Origin: a virus
Taxonomy: Duplodnaviria > Caudoviricetes
Direction: 5' to 3' (one strand)
IMG/VR virus record: IMGVR_UViG_3300017910_000198
Coordinates: 1 to 25,567 of that record
DNA: 25,567 nt
This document shows, in pieces, positions 1 to 7,435 of this stretch. The translations under genes and the position numbers were made by a program. Position 1 is the first letter of the stretch, and each line of letters opens with the position of its first letter. Under the pieces are notes generated by a model. That model was given only the letters and a program-made list of their open reading frames with translations. It was not told where the DNA came from and did not search any database.

Positions 1-348
1 AACCTAGTAGTAGATGAAGACACAGCGCAAGACTTTCGCTCAAAGGGCTATGCAGTAAAAGATATGGAAGAAGGGCCAGCTCTGATTATCAAGCGTAAAG
101 TTAATGGGCCAAATGGAATGGTTCGTTCAGCTCCAAAGCTTGTAGATGCTAACAAGAACCCTATTGACGAGCGTGTAGGTAATGGCTCGACTGTCAAGGT
201 TCAGTACAAAGAGTGGGAATCGGTTTGGAAAGGTAAGACTTTCAAAGGTCTTGACTTCCAAGCTATGCAAGTGTTAGACTTGGTATCTGTCGGCAGTGTC
301 GATGGTGCAGAGTTTGAAGTAGAAGACGAAATGGAGGAAGCGTTATAA
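1..348 (+). CDS. Single-stranded DNA-binding protein (T7 gp2.5-like), 5'-truncated
   Basis: Frame 1 is open from base 1 (NLVVDEDTAQDFRSKGYAVKDMEEGP...). Motifs VGNGSTVKV and QAMQVLDLV; acidic C-terminal tail (EFEVEDEMEEAL); lies upstream of the primase-helicase. Confidence 0.8.
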   Translation, partial: NLVVDEDTAQDFRSKGYAVKDMEEGPALIIKRKVNGPNGMVRSAPKLVDANKNPIDERVGNGSTVKVQYKEWESVWKGKTFKGLDFQAMQVLDLVSVGSVDGAEFEVEDEMEEAL

Positions 349-573
349 ATGAACATCTATAAGAAAGACGATATTTCTTACGATGTTTCACTGCTAGACG
401 AAGAGGCTCAAGCGTTGTTTGGGCTTCTTCAGCAAGCAATGGTCAACGTAAGACAATACAACGATAAAGTACAACTCTTTCAAGCAGGTGCTACACATAT
501 ACAGCAGTTGTTTGAAGCTAAGCTTACGGATGAAGCTATTACAGAGGACATGGATGTTGAAACCGAAGACTAA
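349..573 (+). CDS. Small acidic hypothetical protein (weak resemblance to DUF6447-type helical phage proteins)
   Basis: ATG directly after the SSB stop, GGAGG upstream; 74 aa with pattern YDVSLLDEEAQALF. Confidence 0.7.
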   Translation: MNIYKKDDISYDVSLLDEEAQALFGLLQQAMVNVRQYNDKVQLFQAGATHIQQLFEAKLTDEAITEDMDVETED

Positions 574-588
574 TCACGAGGTATCAAC

Positions 589-2253
589 ATGGCTTTTGTC
601 AAACACAATCTGCCTTGCCACTCTTGTGGAGGCAGTGACCCAGTAAGTCAGAACGATGATGGGTCAGCCTATTGCTTTAGTTGCAATAGTTATTTTAAAG
701 ATTACGGCACAGCGGAAGTGCAACCAAAACAAGATGATACGATAATGGAATTTGGAGAGTATCAGTCGAGTCATACAAACGGCTCTAGCTTTAACGCATT
801 GGATGATAGAGACATCAGCCTAGACACAGCTAAGAAGTATGGTGTTAGGTCTACTACTCTCAATGGCAAAGTTACTAGCCACCGCTATCCTTACTTCTGC
901 AATGGAGAGCAGGTAGCAACAAAGATACGGAAGCCCAACAAGAAGTTTGCGTGGGAGGGTGACTCAAAGGAAACAGGGTTGTTCGGAGAGCAGCTCTTTA
1001 AGGCAGGCGGTAAGTTTATTACAGTCGTAGAGGGAGAGTGTGATGCTATGGCAGCATACGAACTACTCGGAAGTAAGTGGCCTGTCGTATCTATAAAGTC
1101 GGGAGCACAAGGAGGTGCTCGTGATGTTAAGAATAGCTTAGAGTTCCTAGAATCTTTTGAAACTGTAGTTCTGTGTTTCGACTCAGACAAGCAGGGCAAA
1201 GAGGGAGCGAGGGCTATTGCCAAACTCTTGACACCCAACAAGGCAAAGATTATGTCCTTGCCAGAGGGTTTCAAAGATGCTAACGATATGCTCAAGGCTC
1301 GGAAGCATACAGCATTCGTTAGTGCTTTCTGGGATGCTAAGGTCTATACTCCGTCTGGCATTCTAAACTTGTCGAACCAGTTAGATGCTTACAAGAAGCT
1401 ACGCACCGAGAAGAAGCCGTCTATTCCCTATCCCTTTACAGGACTCAACACAAAGCTTGAGGGACTACGAGCAGGTGAACTTGTAACTCTAACTGGTGGT
1501 ACAGGTCTTGGTAAGTCTAGTGTGACACGAGAACTGGAGCATTGGCTTATCAACCACACCAAAGATAACGTGGGCATTGTAGCACTAGAAGAGAACTGGA
1601 GTCGCACAGCAGAGGGCATTATGTCCATCGAAGCTAACGCTAGACTGCACCTCGACAGTGTTAAGAATGCTTACACCGATGACGAGCTTGAGAACATCTA
1701 CCGCAAAGTCTTCATGGGTGAGAACGAGGGTCGTGTTTGGATTCATGCACACCTCGGAGTCAATCACCTAGAAGATATATTCAGCAAGCTACGCTACTTG
1801 ATTGTCGGCTTGGATTGCAAATGGGTTGTTGTAGACCACTTGCACATGCTAGTGCTACAAGCCCTTGAGGGTGATGAACGTAAAGCTATTGATGGTATCA
1901 TGCACAGACTACGCTCCCTTGTAGAAGAGACAGGCGTAGGTATGATTCTGGTGTCACACCTCAGACGAGTCGAGGGCAATCGTGGTCACGAGAATGGTAT
2001 CGAGACAGGTCTATCACACTTACGAGGCAGTCAGTCAATCGCTCAGTTATCTGATGCGGTAATATCTCTAGAACGGAATCAGCAGTCAGATGATATTATC
2101 GAGGCATCGACCACAAAGGTACGTGTTCTAAAATCTAGATACACTGGTGATGTGGGTGTTGCTTGCAGCCTCATCTACGATGGTGAGACAGGCAGACTTT
2201 CTGAGATTCCCAATGACGATAACTACAGCGCATTTGACGGAGATGAGTTATGA
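589..2253 (+). CDS. DNA primase-helicase (T7 gp4-like: Zn finger + TOPRIM + DnaB-like SF4 helicase)
   Basis: CHSC...CFSC zinc ribbon; TOPRIM EGECDAM, FDSDKQG, KDANDML; Walker A GGTGLGKS; VVDHL; LRGSQSIAQLSD; GAGGT RBS. Confidence 0.97.
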   Translation: MAFVKHNLPCHSCGGSDPVSQNDDGSAYCFSCNSYFKDYGTAEVQPKQDDTIMEFGEYQSSHTNGSSFNALDDRDISLDTAKKYGVRSTTLNGKVTSHRYPYFCNGEQVATKIRKPNKKFAWEGDSKETGLFGEQLFKAGGKFITVVEGECDAMAAYELLGSKWPVVSIKSGAQGGARDVKNSLEFLESFETVVLCFDSDKQGKEGARAIAKLLTPNKAKIMSLPEGFKDANDMLKARKHTAFVSAFWDAKVYTPSGILNLSNQLDAYKKLRTEKKPSIPYPFTGLNTKLEGLRAGELVTLTGGTGLGKSSVTRELEHWLINHTKDNVGIVALEENWSRTAEGIMSIEANARLHLDSVKNAYTDDELENIYRKVFMGENEGRVWIHAHLGVNHLEDIFSKLRYLIVGLDCKWVVVDHLHMLVLQALEGDERKAIDGIMHRLRSLVEETGVGMILVSHLRRVEGNRGHENGIETGLSHLRGSQSIAQLSDAVISLERNQQSDDIIEASTTKVRVLKSRYTGDVGVACSLIYDGETGRLSEIPNDDNYSAFDGDEL

Positions 2254-4016
2254 ACTTAGTATTTGACATAGAGGCTGACGGCCTCGAACCGACAAAGATA
2301 TTTTGTGTCGTGGCTCAGGATGTAGACACAGGCGATATATTTACATTCGACATTACACAACTAGAAGAAGCCTACGGATTACTCAAGGCTGCTGATAAAC
2401 TTATTGGACACAACATCTTGGGCTACGACTTACCTGCCCTCAAGGATGTTGCAGGTGTTGACCTGTCAGACAAAAAGATTGTTGACACGCTTGTATTGTC
2501 CAGATTGTTTCACCCCAATCGTGAGGGTGGTCATGGCTTAGAGTCTTGGGGTTATCGCCTCAAGTTCTCTAAGGGTGACTATGGTGCTAATCAAGATGCT
2601 TGGGATGCGTATTGCCCAGAGATGCTAGAGTATTGTAAGCGTGATGTAGAGCTTAATACAAAAGTATATATGCAACTACGCAAAGAAAGCAGGGGCTTTA
2701 CACCTCACTCAGTAAAACTAGAACACGAGGTCGCTAAGATTATTGACCAACAAAGACGGAATGGTTTCCGACTAGACCTCAAGAAAGCAATGCTGCTTAG
2801 TTCCCTGTTCAGCGAAAAGCTACAGGCAGTTGAAGCAGAAGTACAAGAGACATTCAAGCCTGTGGTTACTTACACAACGCTACTGCCTCAGTACACAAAA
2901 GCAGGTAAGCTATCCAAACGTGCTAAGATAAAAGACCACCCCGATGGTAAGACTATGGTCACAACCGAAGATGAGCAAAGCTCTTTGTTGTTGCATGGCG
3001 AAGCAGTTCGTGTAACCGAAGAACCTTTCAATCTAGGTTCTCGCAAGCAGATAGGCGAGAGACTTATCGAAGCAGGTTGGAAGCCTAAGAACTTCACACC
3101 TACTGGTCAGCCGATTGTTGACGAGGGAACGCTAAACAAAGTAAAAGATATACCCGAAGCAGAGATGATTGCGAAGTACCTCATGCTGCAGAAGCGTTTA
3201 GCACAGGTGTCTAGTTGGATTAAAGCCACCGAAGATGACGAAAGAGTGCGTGGTTACGTTAATCCTAATGGTGCTGTTACAGGTAGAATGACACATTCTC
3301 ACCCCAACATGGCACAAATACCAAGCACTAACTCGCCCTACGGCAAAGAGTGTAGAGCTTGTTGGTCTGTTGACAAGGGTAACAAACTCGTAGGCATTGA
3401 TGCCTCTGGCTTAGAACTACGAATGCTTGCCCACTACATGAACGACAAGGAGTATACAAATGAAATCCTCAACGGAGACATTCATACAACTAACCAAAAG
3501 CTTGCAGGACTTGAATCTAGAAGTCAGGCAAAAACTTTCATCTATGCGTTACTGTACGGAGCAGGAGATTCAAAACTTGGAACAGTGGCTAGGCGAAACA
3601 GAGAAGGCGGTAAAGAACTGCGAAGACGTTTTCTTGATAGTCTCCCATCATTTAAGTCTCTTGTCCAACGAGTACAAAGAGAAAGTAAAGCGGGATTCGT
3701 TAAGGGACTAGATGGTCGTAAGCTGCACATACGCTCTGAACACGCAGCACTCAACACATTGTTGCAGGGAGCAGGTGCTATTGTTATGAAAGAAGCTATG
3801 GTCATTCTCGATAAGATGCTCAAGCGTTTGCAATTAGACGCTAAGTTTGTAGCGAATGTACATGATGAATGGCAGATAGAATGCAGCGAAGCTGATGCAG
3901 ACCAAGTTGGTAAGCTAGGCGTTACAGCTATTATTGAAGCAGGTAAAAAACTAAACTTAACCTGTCCTCTAGATGGGGACTACAACGTAGGAGATGGTTG
4001 GCATGAAACCCACTAA
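2250..4016 (+). CDS. polA: Family A DNA polymerase with 3'-5' exonuclease (T7 gp5-like)
   Basis: Exo I FDIEAD, Exo II GHNILGYD, Exo III YCKRDV; TGRMTHSHPNMAQIP; motif A DASGLELR; motif B RSQAKTFIYALLYG; motif C VHDE; ATGA overlap with the helicase stop. Confidence 0.97.
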   Translation: MNLVFDIEADGLEPTKIFCVVAQDVDTGDIFTFDITQLEEAYGLLKAADKLIGHNILGYDLPALKDVAGVDLSDKKIVDTLVLSRLFHPNREGGHGLESWGYRLKFSKGDYGANQDAWDAYCPEMLEYCKRDVELNTKVYMQLRKESRGFTPHSVKLEHEVAKIIDQQRRNGFRLDLKKAMLLSSLFSEKLQAVEAEVQETFKPVVTYTTLLPQYTKAGKLSKRAKIKDHPDGKTMVTTEDEQSSLLLHGEAVRVTEEPFNLGSRKQIGERLIEAGWKPKNFTPTGQPIVDEGTLNKVKDIPEAEMIAKYLMLQKRLAQVSSWIKATEDDERVRGYVNPNGAVTGRMTHSHPNMAQIPSTNSPYGKECRACWSVDKGNKLVGIDASGLELRMLAHYMNDKEYTNEILNGDIHTTNQKLAGLESRSQAKTFIYALLYGAGDSKLGTVARRNREGGKELRRRFLDSLPSFKSLVQRVQRESKAGFVKGLDGRKLHIRSEHAALNTLLQGAGAIVMKEAMVILDKMLKRLQLDAKFVANVHDEWQIECSEADADQVGKLGVTAIIEAGKKLNLTCPLDGDYNVGDGWHETH

Positions 4017-4434
4017 AGCAGACAGAAAAAAGTTTGACCTAGATTTGCAATATGGCGAGGTGCGTGAGAGTAAAATAGCGGATATGTTGCAAAATAAAAA
4101 GATTGAAGTCAAGTCGGAACGTGACCTGTGGCAAAAGACAGGTAACATTTGCATCGAGTATAAGTCTTATGGTAAGCCATCGGGCATTGATGCGACTGAA
4201 TCCGACTACTGGTTTCATAATCTTTGCATCGGTGATGATGAATATTGTACACTGGTGTTCAACACAGCAACACTCAAGAAGATTGTCAAGCGCCTAGATA
4301 GTTTTAAAACTGTATCGGGTGGCGACCATAAGGCAAGCCAGATGTATCTGCTGAACTTGCAGAAGCTATTTTCATCTGATGTAATCAAAGCATTCAAGGA
4401 GCTAGAAGATGAGCAAGAAGAACAAGCAGCTTGA
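4003..4434 (+). CDS. Restriction-endonuclease-like PD-(D/E)xK family phage protein
   Basis: KIEVKSE...TGNICIEY...KPSGIDATESDYW pattern. Start moved from 3994 to ATG 4003 because GGAG (3990-3993) abuts 3994 but lies 9 nt from 4003. Confidence 0.65.
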   Translation: MKPTKADRKKFDLDLQYGEVRESKIADMLQNKKIEVKSERDLWQKTGNICIEYKSYGKPSGIDATESDYWFHNLCIGDDEYCTLVFNTATLKKIVKRLDSFKTVSGGDHKASQMYLLNLQKLFSSDVIKAFKELEDEQEEQAA

Positions 4435-5278
4435 GAACGTAGTACCCGACATATACGCTAAGCTAGAACAGCTATCAGCAGGTAAGCCTCTTCCATTGAC
4501 GGAGGAGGCTATTGATGCCACACTAGCTTCAATGAAAGAGTCTATACTCCATTGGGCTACCCCAAGAGAGCGTGACAGTAACTTTACTTTGCGTATGTCT
4601 AACATCGGTAAGCCGTCACGACAGATGTGGTTTGAACAACGTGACACTGATACAGGTAGAGATATAGATGGTGCAACACAGATTAAGTTCTTGTATGGTC
4701 ATATCCTTGAAGAAGTAGCACTGATGTTGGTGCGTATGGCAGGGCATGATGTCACAGACGAGCAGAAAGAAGTTAAAGTCGAGGGCATTACTGGTCACAT
4801 GGACTGTAAGATTAACGGACAGGTGGTAGATGTTAAGACTGCATCCAAGTTTGCATTCAACAAGTTCAAGAATGGCACGTTAAATTCGGATGACCCTTTC
4901 GGTTATCTCGGACAGCTTGCAGGATATGAAGCTGCTGAAGGTACAGATGGTGGTGGATTTCTGGTTGTGAACAAAGAAAGCGGTGAGTTGTGTATGTTTC
5001 AGCCCGAAGACCTTGACAAACCTAACATAGAAAGTCAAATTAACAAGGTAAGAGCTGATTTAAAACTTGACAAACCGCCCGAACTGTGTTATAATCCTGT
5101 ACCAGAGGGTAAGAAAGGTAACATGATATTGCCTAAAGGTTGCTCGTGGTGTAAGTACAAGCATGAATGTCACAAAGATGCTAACAATGGCGAGGGTCTT
5201 AGAACTTTCAAATACTCTACTGGCTACAAATACTTTACAGAAGTAGTATCAGAACCAAATGTGGATGAGATTTTATGA
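4409..5278 (+). CDS. Cas4-like PD-(D/E)xK exonuclease
   Basis: LRMSNIGKPSRQMWF, GHILEE, GHMDCKINGQVVDVKTAS, YLGQLAGY, C-terminal CSWCKYKHEC. Confidence 0.85.
   Translation: MSKKNKQLENVVPDIYAKLEQLSAGKPLPLTEEAIDATLASMKESILHWATPRERDSNFTLRMSNIGKPSRQMWFEQRDTDTGRDIDGATQIKFLYGHILEEVALMLVRMAGHDVTDEQKEVKVEGITGHMDCKINGQVVDVKTASKFAFNKFKNGTLNSDDPFGYLGQLAGYEAAEGTDGGGFLVVNKESGELCMFQPEDLDKPNIESQINKVRADLKLDKPPELCYNPVPEGKKGNMILPKGCSWCKYKHECHKDANNGEGLRTFKYSTGYKYFTEVVSEPNVDEIL
5067..5095 (+). promoter_or_regulatory. Consensus sigma70 promoter (TTGACA-N17-TATAAT with extended -10 TG) inside the exonuclease CDS
   Basis: TTGACA 5067-5072, 17-nt spacer, TGTG 5085-5088, TATAAT 5090-5095. Confidence 0.75.
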
Positions 5279-5562
5279 ATCGAAAGAAATCTAAAAGGAT
5301 TAGTAAACACGCAAGAACTCTACAGCTAGAATGGGTTAGAAGTCTTCTCAGTGACGAGGAGGCTTCTAAAATCAATATGGATAATCTAGACGAGTTTCTA
5401 CCAGAGCAGACCCACCTGTGGGCTAGACAGACAATGTTCACTAGCTTCTATACGAAGAAGTGGCTCTGCAATAAAATTAAGCAGCTACTCAGGATATACC
5501 CCGACAAAGAGGTTGAGGATATAACCTCCGCAGATGTAGCGTGGAAAGCTGCTCAAAGATAA
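5275..5562 (+). CDS. Hypothetical protein
   Basis: ATGA overlap with the exonuclease stop; 95 aa with a basic N-terminus. Confidence 0.75.
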   Translation: MNRKKSKRISKHARTLQLEWVRSLLSDEEASKINMDNLDEFLPEQTHLWARQTMFTSFYTKKWLCNKIKQLLRIYPDKEVEDITSADVAWKAAQR

Positions 5563-5571
5563 AGGAGTACC

Positions 5572-6051
5572 ATGAAAAAAATACGGAAAGGCTATCGGAA
5601 AGCCAGAGTCAAACGACCAGTAGAAAAGGATTTAGTTAAAGGTTATGACTCTAATTGGGAGTACGAGCTTCATTCTGGCATACTAGACGAGTGGGAGCAT
5701 CATGTGGACAAAGTTGAATATGTTGTCTCCCACAAGTATGAACCAGATTTTGTACGTACAATTGACGGAAAGAAGATATTACTAGAAGCTAAGGGCAGGT
5801 TTTGGGATAGTGCTGAATACTCCAAGTATGTTTGGATTGCTAAGGTGCTTCCCGATGATGTAGAACTTGTCTTTCTGTTTGCCAACCCTAATGCCCCAAT
5901 GCCACAAGCTAAGGTACGCAAGGATGGGACTAGGAGGTCGCATGGCGAATGGGCTTCTAGCAATAACTTCAGGTGGTTTAGTGAGGACACTATTCCAGAC
6001 GATTGGATTAACGTAAAAAATAAAGAGGACTTTACAGATGAGCATAGATGA
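5572..6051 (+). CDS. Endonuclease I / Holliday junction resolvase (T7 gp3-like)
   Basis: YDSNWE, YEPDF, LEAKGRF, LVFLF, WASSNNFRW; AAGGAG RBS. Confidence 0.85.
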   Translation: MKKIRKGYRKARVKRPVEKDLVKGYDSNWEYELHSGILDEWEHHVDKVEYVVSHKYEPDFVRTIDGKKILLEAKGRFWDSAEYSKYVWIAKVLPDDVELVFLFANPNAPMPQAKVRKDGTRRSHGEWASSNNFRWFSEDTIPDDWINVKNKEDFTDEHR

Positions 6052-6448
6052 TGCAACACCAAGAGAGTGGGATAGAATGAACTTTGAACGCACTAAGTCG
6101 GGTGAGCCTACGTTTGCTGAGTACATGAAACGCTTAAACTCTAAGTATGTGTATGACAGCACTGAGGACTATGGCAATGAAGTGACTAATGATGCAGGAG
6201 ATTTTGCGGATTGTTGGGAGTCTAAAGAAGTTGATATGGTTGAACAGCCTCCGCATTACAACTACGGCAACATCGAGTGCATTGAAGCTATTAAAGAAAG
6301 CATGACCCCCGAAGCTTACAGAGGCTACCTCAAAGGTAACTGCATGAAATATCTCTGGCGTTATGAAAGAAAGGGAAAACAACTTCAGGATTTGCATAAA
6401 GCTCAGTGGTATCTCAACAGGCTGACTACCGATGGAGGCATTAAATAA
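6038..6448 (+). CDS. DUF3310 protein (T7 gp1.7 nucleotide kinase-like)
   Basis: VEQPPHY...IECIEAI...YLKGNCMKYLWRYERKG...DLHKAQWYL; GAGGA RBS. Confidence 0.85.
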   Translation: MSIDDATPREWDRMNFERTKSGEPTFAEYMKRLNSKYVYDSTEDYGNEVTNDAGDFADCWESKEVDMVEQPPHYNYGNIECIEAIKESMTPEAYRGYLKGNCMKYLWRYERKGKQLQDLHKAQWYLNRLTTDGGIK

Positions 6449-6612
6449 TGGTAGATTACTACAAGCCTATAGACTCTAGTAAGATTAAAACTCTTGATGA
6501 CGTTATCGCTGTGCTCAGCGTGATACAGGTGTCTGTATGGAACGAGCCTGAGTCAGAGTTGTACAAGTCTGTAGAGCATCTTCTTGAGTCGATAGGTGGC
6601 GAAGAAGAATGA
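6448..6612 (+). CDS. Small hypothetical protein, 54 aa (not in ORF track)
   Basis: TAATG coupling to the DUF3310 stop, GGAGG upstream; MVDYYKPIDSSKIKTLDDVIAVLSVIQVSVWNEPESELYKSVEHLLESIGGEEE. Confidence 0.7.
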   Translation: MVDYYKPIDSSKIKTLDDVIAVLSVIQVSVWNEPESELYKSVEHLLESIGGEEE

Positions 6613-6767
6613 ACTGCTATCACTGTGGCTCAGAGGTAATGTGGGGTGGTGATGCTTTAATCGACCACGAGAACGATGAGTTTCAAATGGAGACACATCT
6701 CTACTGTTCAAACAAGGAGTGCAATGCAGAGTATCTTGTGTATCTGCCGAAAAATAAAGATGAATAA
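6609..6767 (+). CDS. Small zinc-ribbon protein, 52 aa (not in ORF track)
   Basis: ATGA overlap; MNCYHCGSEVMWGGD...LYCSNKECNAEYLVYLPKNKDE, i.e. CxxC...Cx4C. Confidence 0.75.
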   Translation: MNCYHCGSEVMWGGDALIDHENDEFQMETHLYCSNKECNAEYLVYLPKNKDE

Positions 6768-6939
6768 GAATAAATACTGGAGAATCTGGGCTAAATCTTT
6801 AGGTGAAAAGGTGGGCGAAACAGATAGGCAGGCTGATGCTGTTGCGCTAATCCGAACCTTTTGGTGGTTCGTACACATCTTCACCTGTTTCATAATCATA
6901 CTTGGAAACGCAACAAATCTAGGGTGGCTAAATGGATAG
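6760..6939 (+). CDS. Small membrane protein, 59 aa
   Basis: WRIWAKSLGEK...ADAVALIRT followed by one hydrophobic segment; start moved from 6676 to ATG 6760 because the upstream part overlaps the zinc-ribbon gene. Confidence 0.7.
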   Translation: MNKNKYWRIWAKSLGEKVGETDRQADAVALIRTFWWFVHIFTCFIIILGNATNLGWLNG

Positions 6940-7081
6940 GAAAGAAGAAAGGCGAGACAGATTTAATCGTAGGAAGAAGCATAAAAAACTAACTGGCTCT
7001 AAGAAAGTAAGAGCTGAAACTAAGAAAACAAAAGGAAACGCAAATGACGTTCAATATCGGTACGAATGTACTCAACTTTGA
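6932..7081 (+). CDS. Small basic protein, 49 aa (not in ORF track)
   Basis: MDRKEERRDRFNRRKKHKKLTGSKKVRAETKKTKGNANDVQYRYECTQL; fills the gap between neighbours and overlaps both. Confidence 0.55.
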   Translation: MDRKEERRDRFNRRKKHKKLTGSKKVRAETKKTKGNANDVQYRYECTQL

Positions 7082-7250
7082 GTTAAGATATGGTGTAGGT
7101 TTGGATATAGAGTTCTGCGAAAGCCGACCCATCTGGGGTACTGAACCTGACAGTAATAAATTAATCCCTATGTGGTTCGAGGGAGTGGCTGTAGCTATAC
7201 CATTCTTTCTAATCTGCTTTGGGCGAATCGGTGACTTAAACGAGGATTAA
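7044..7250 (+). CDS. Hypothetical protein
   Basis: AAAGGA upstream of the ATG; 68 aa; collinear with the operon. Confidence 0.65.
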   Translation: MTFNIGTNVLNFELRYGVGLDIEFCESRPIWGTEPDSNKLIPMWFEGVAVAIPFFLICFGRIGDLNED

Positions 7251-7252
7251 AA

Positions 7253-7435
7253 ATGAAACTTACATACAATCAACGCTACAAACTAAAGGCTACTGCCTTA
7301 CTTATTATCTCCCCAATCTACGTACCTGCTATGATTCTATGGGATAACCAACGAGTTATTTGGGATTTCTACAAAGAAACGTACAAGATTATACGTGGCA
7401 CTCACCCTGACCTCAAGGAAGAAAACAATGGATAA
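7253..7435 (+). CDS. Small hypothetical protein with one hydrophobic segment
   Basis: GAGGA RBS; ATALLIISPIYVPAMILW; stop overlaps the RNR start. Confidence 0.65.
   Translation: MKLTYNQRYKLKATALLIISPIYVPAMILWDNQRVIWDFYKETYKIIRGTHPDLKEENNG

Noticed and set aside
4409-5278. Cas4-like gene as a sign of a CRISPR system
   Set aside because: No repeat-spacer array or other cas genes seen; solo Cas4-like nucleases are common in phage replication modules.
6676-6759. N-terminal extension of the 87-aa ORF in the track
   Set aside because: Overlaps the better-supported zinc-ribbon gene; ATG 6760 is preferred.
7395-7427. GTG start for the RNR at 7395
   Set aside because: Lies inside the upstream gene; ATG 7428 has an RBS and a typical short overlap.
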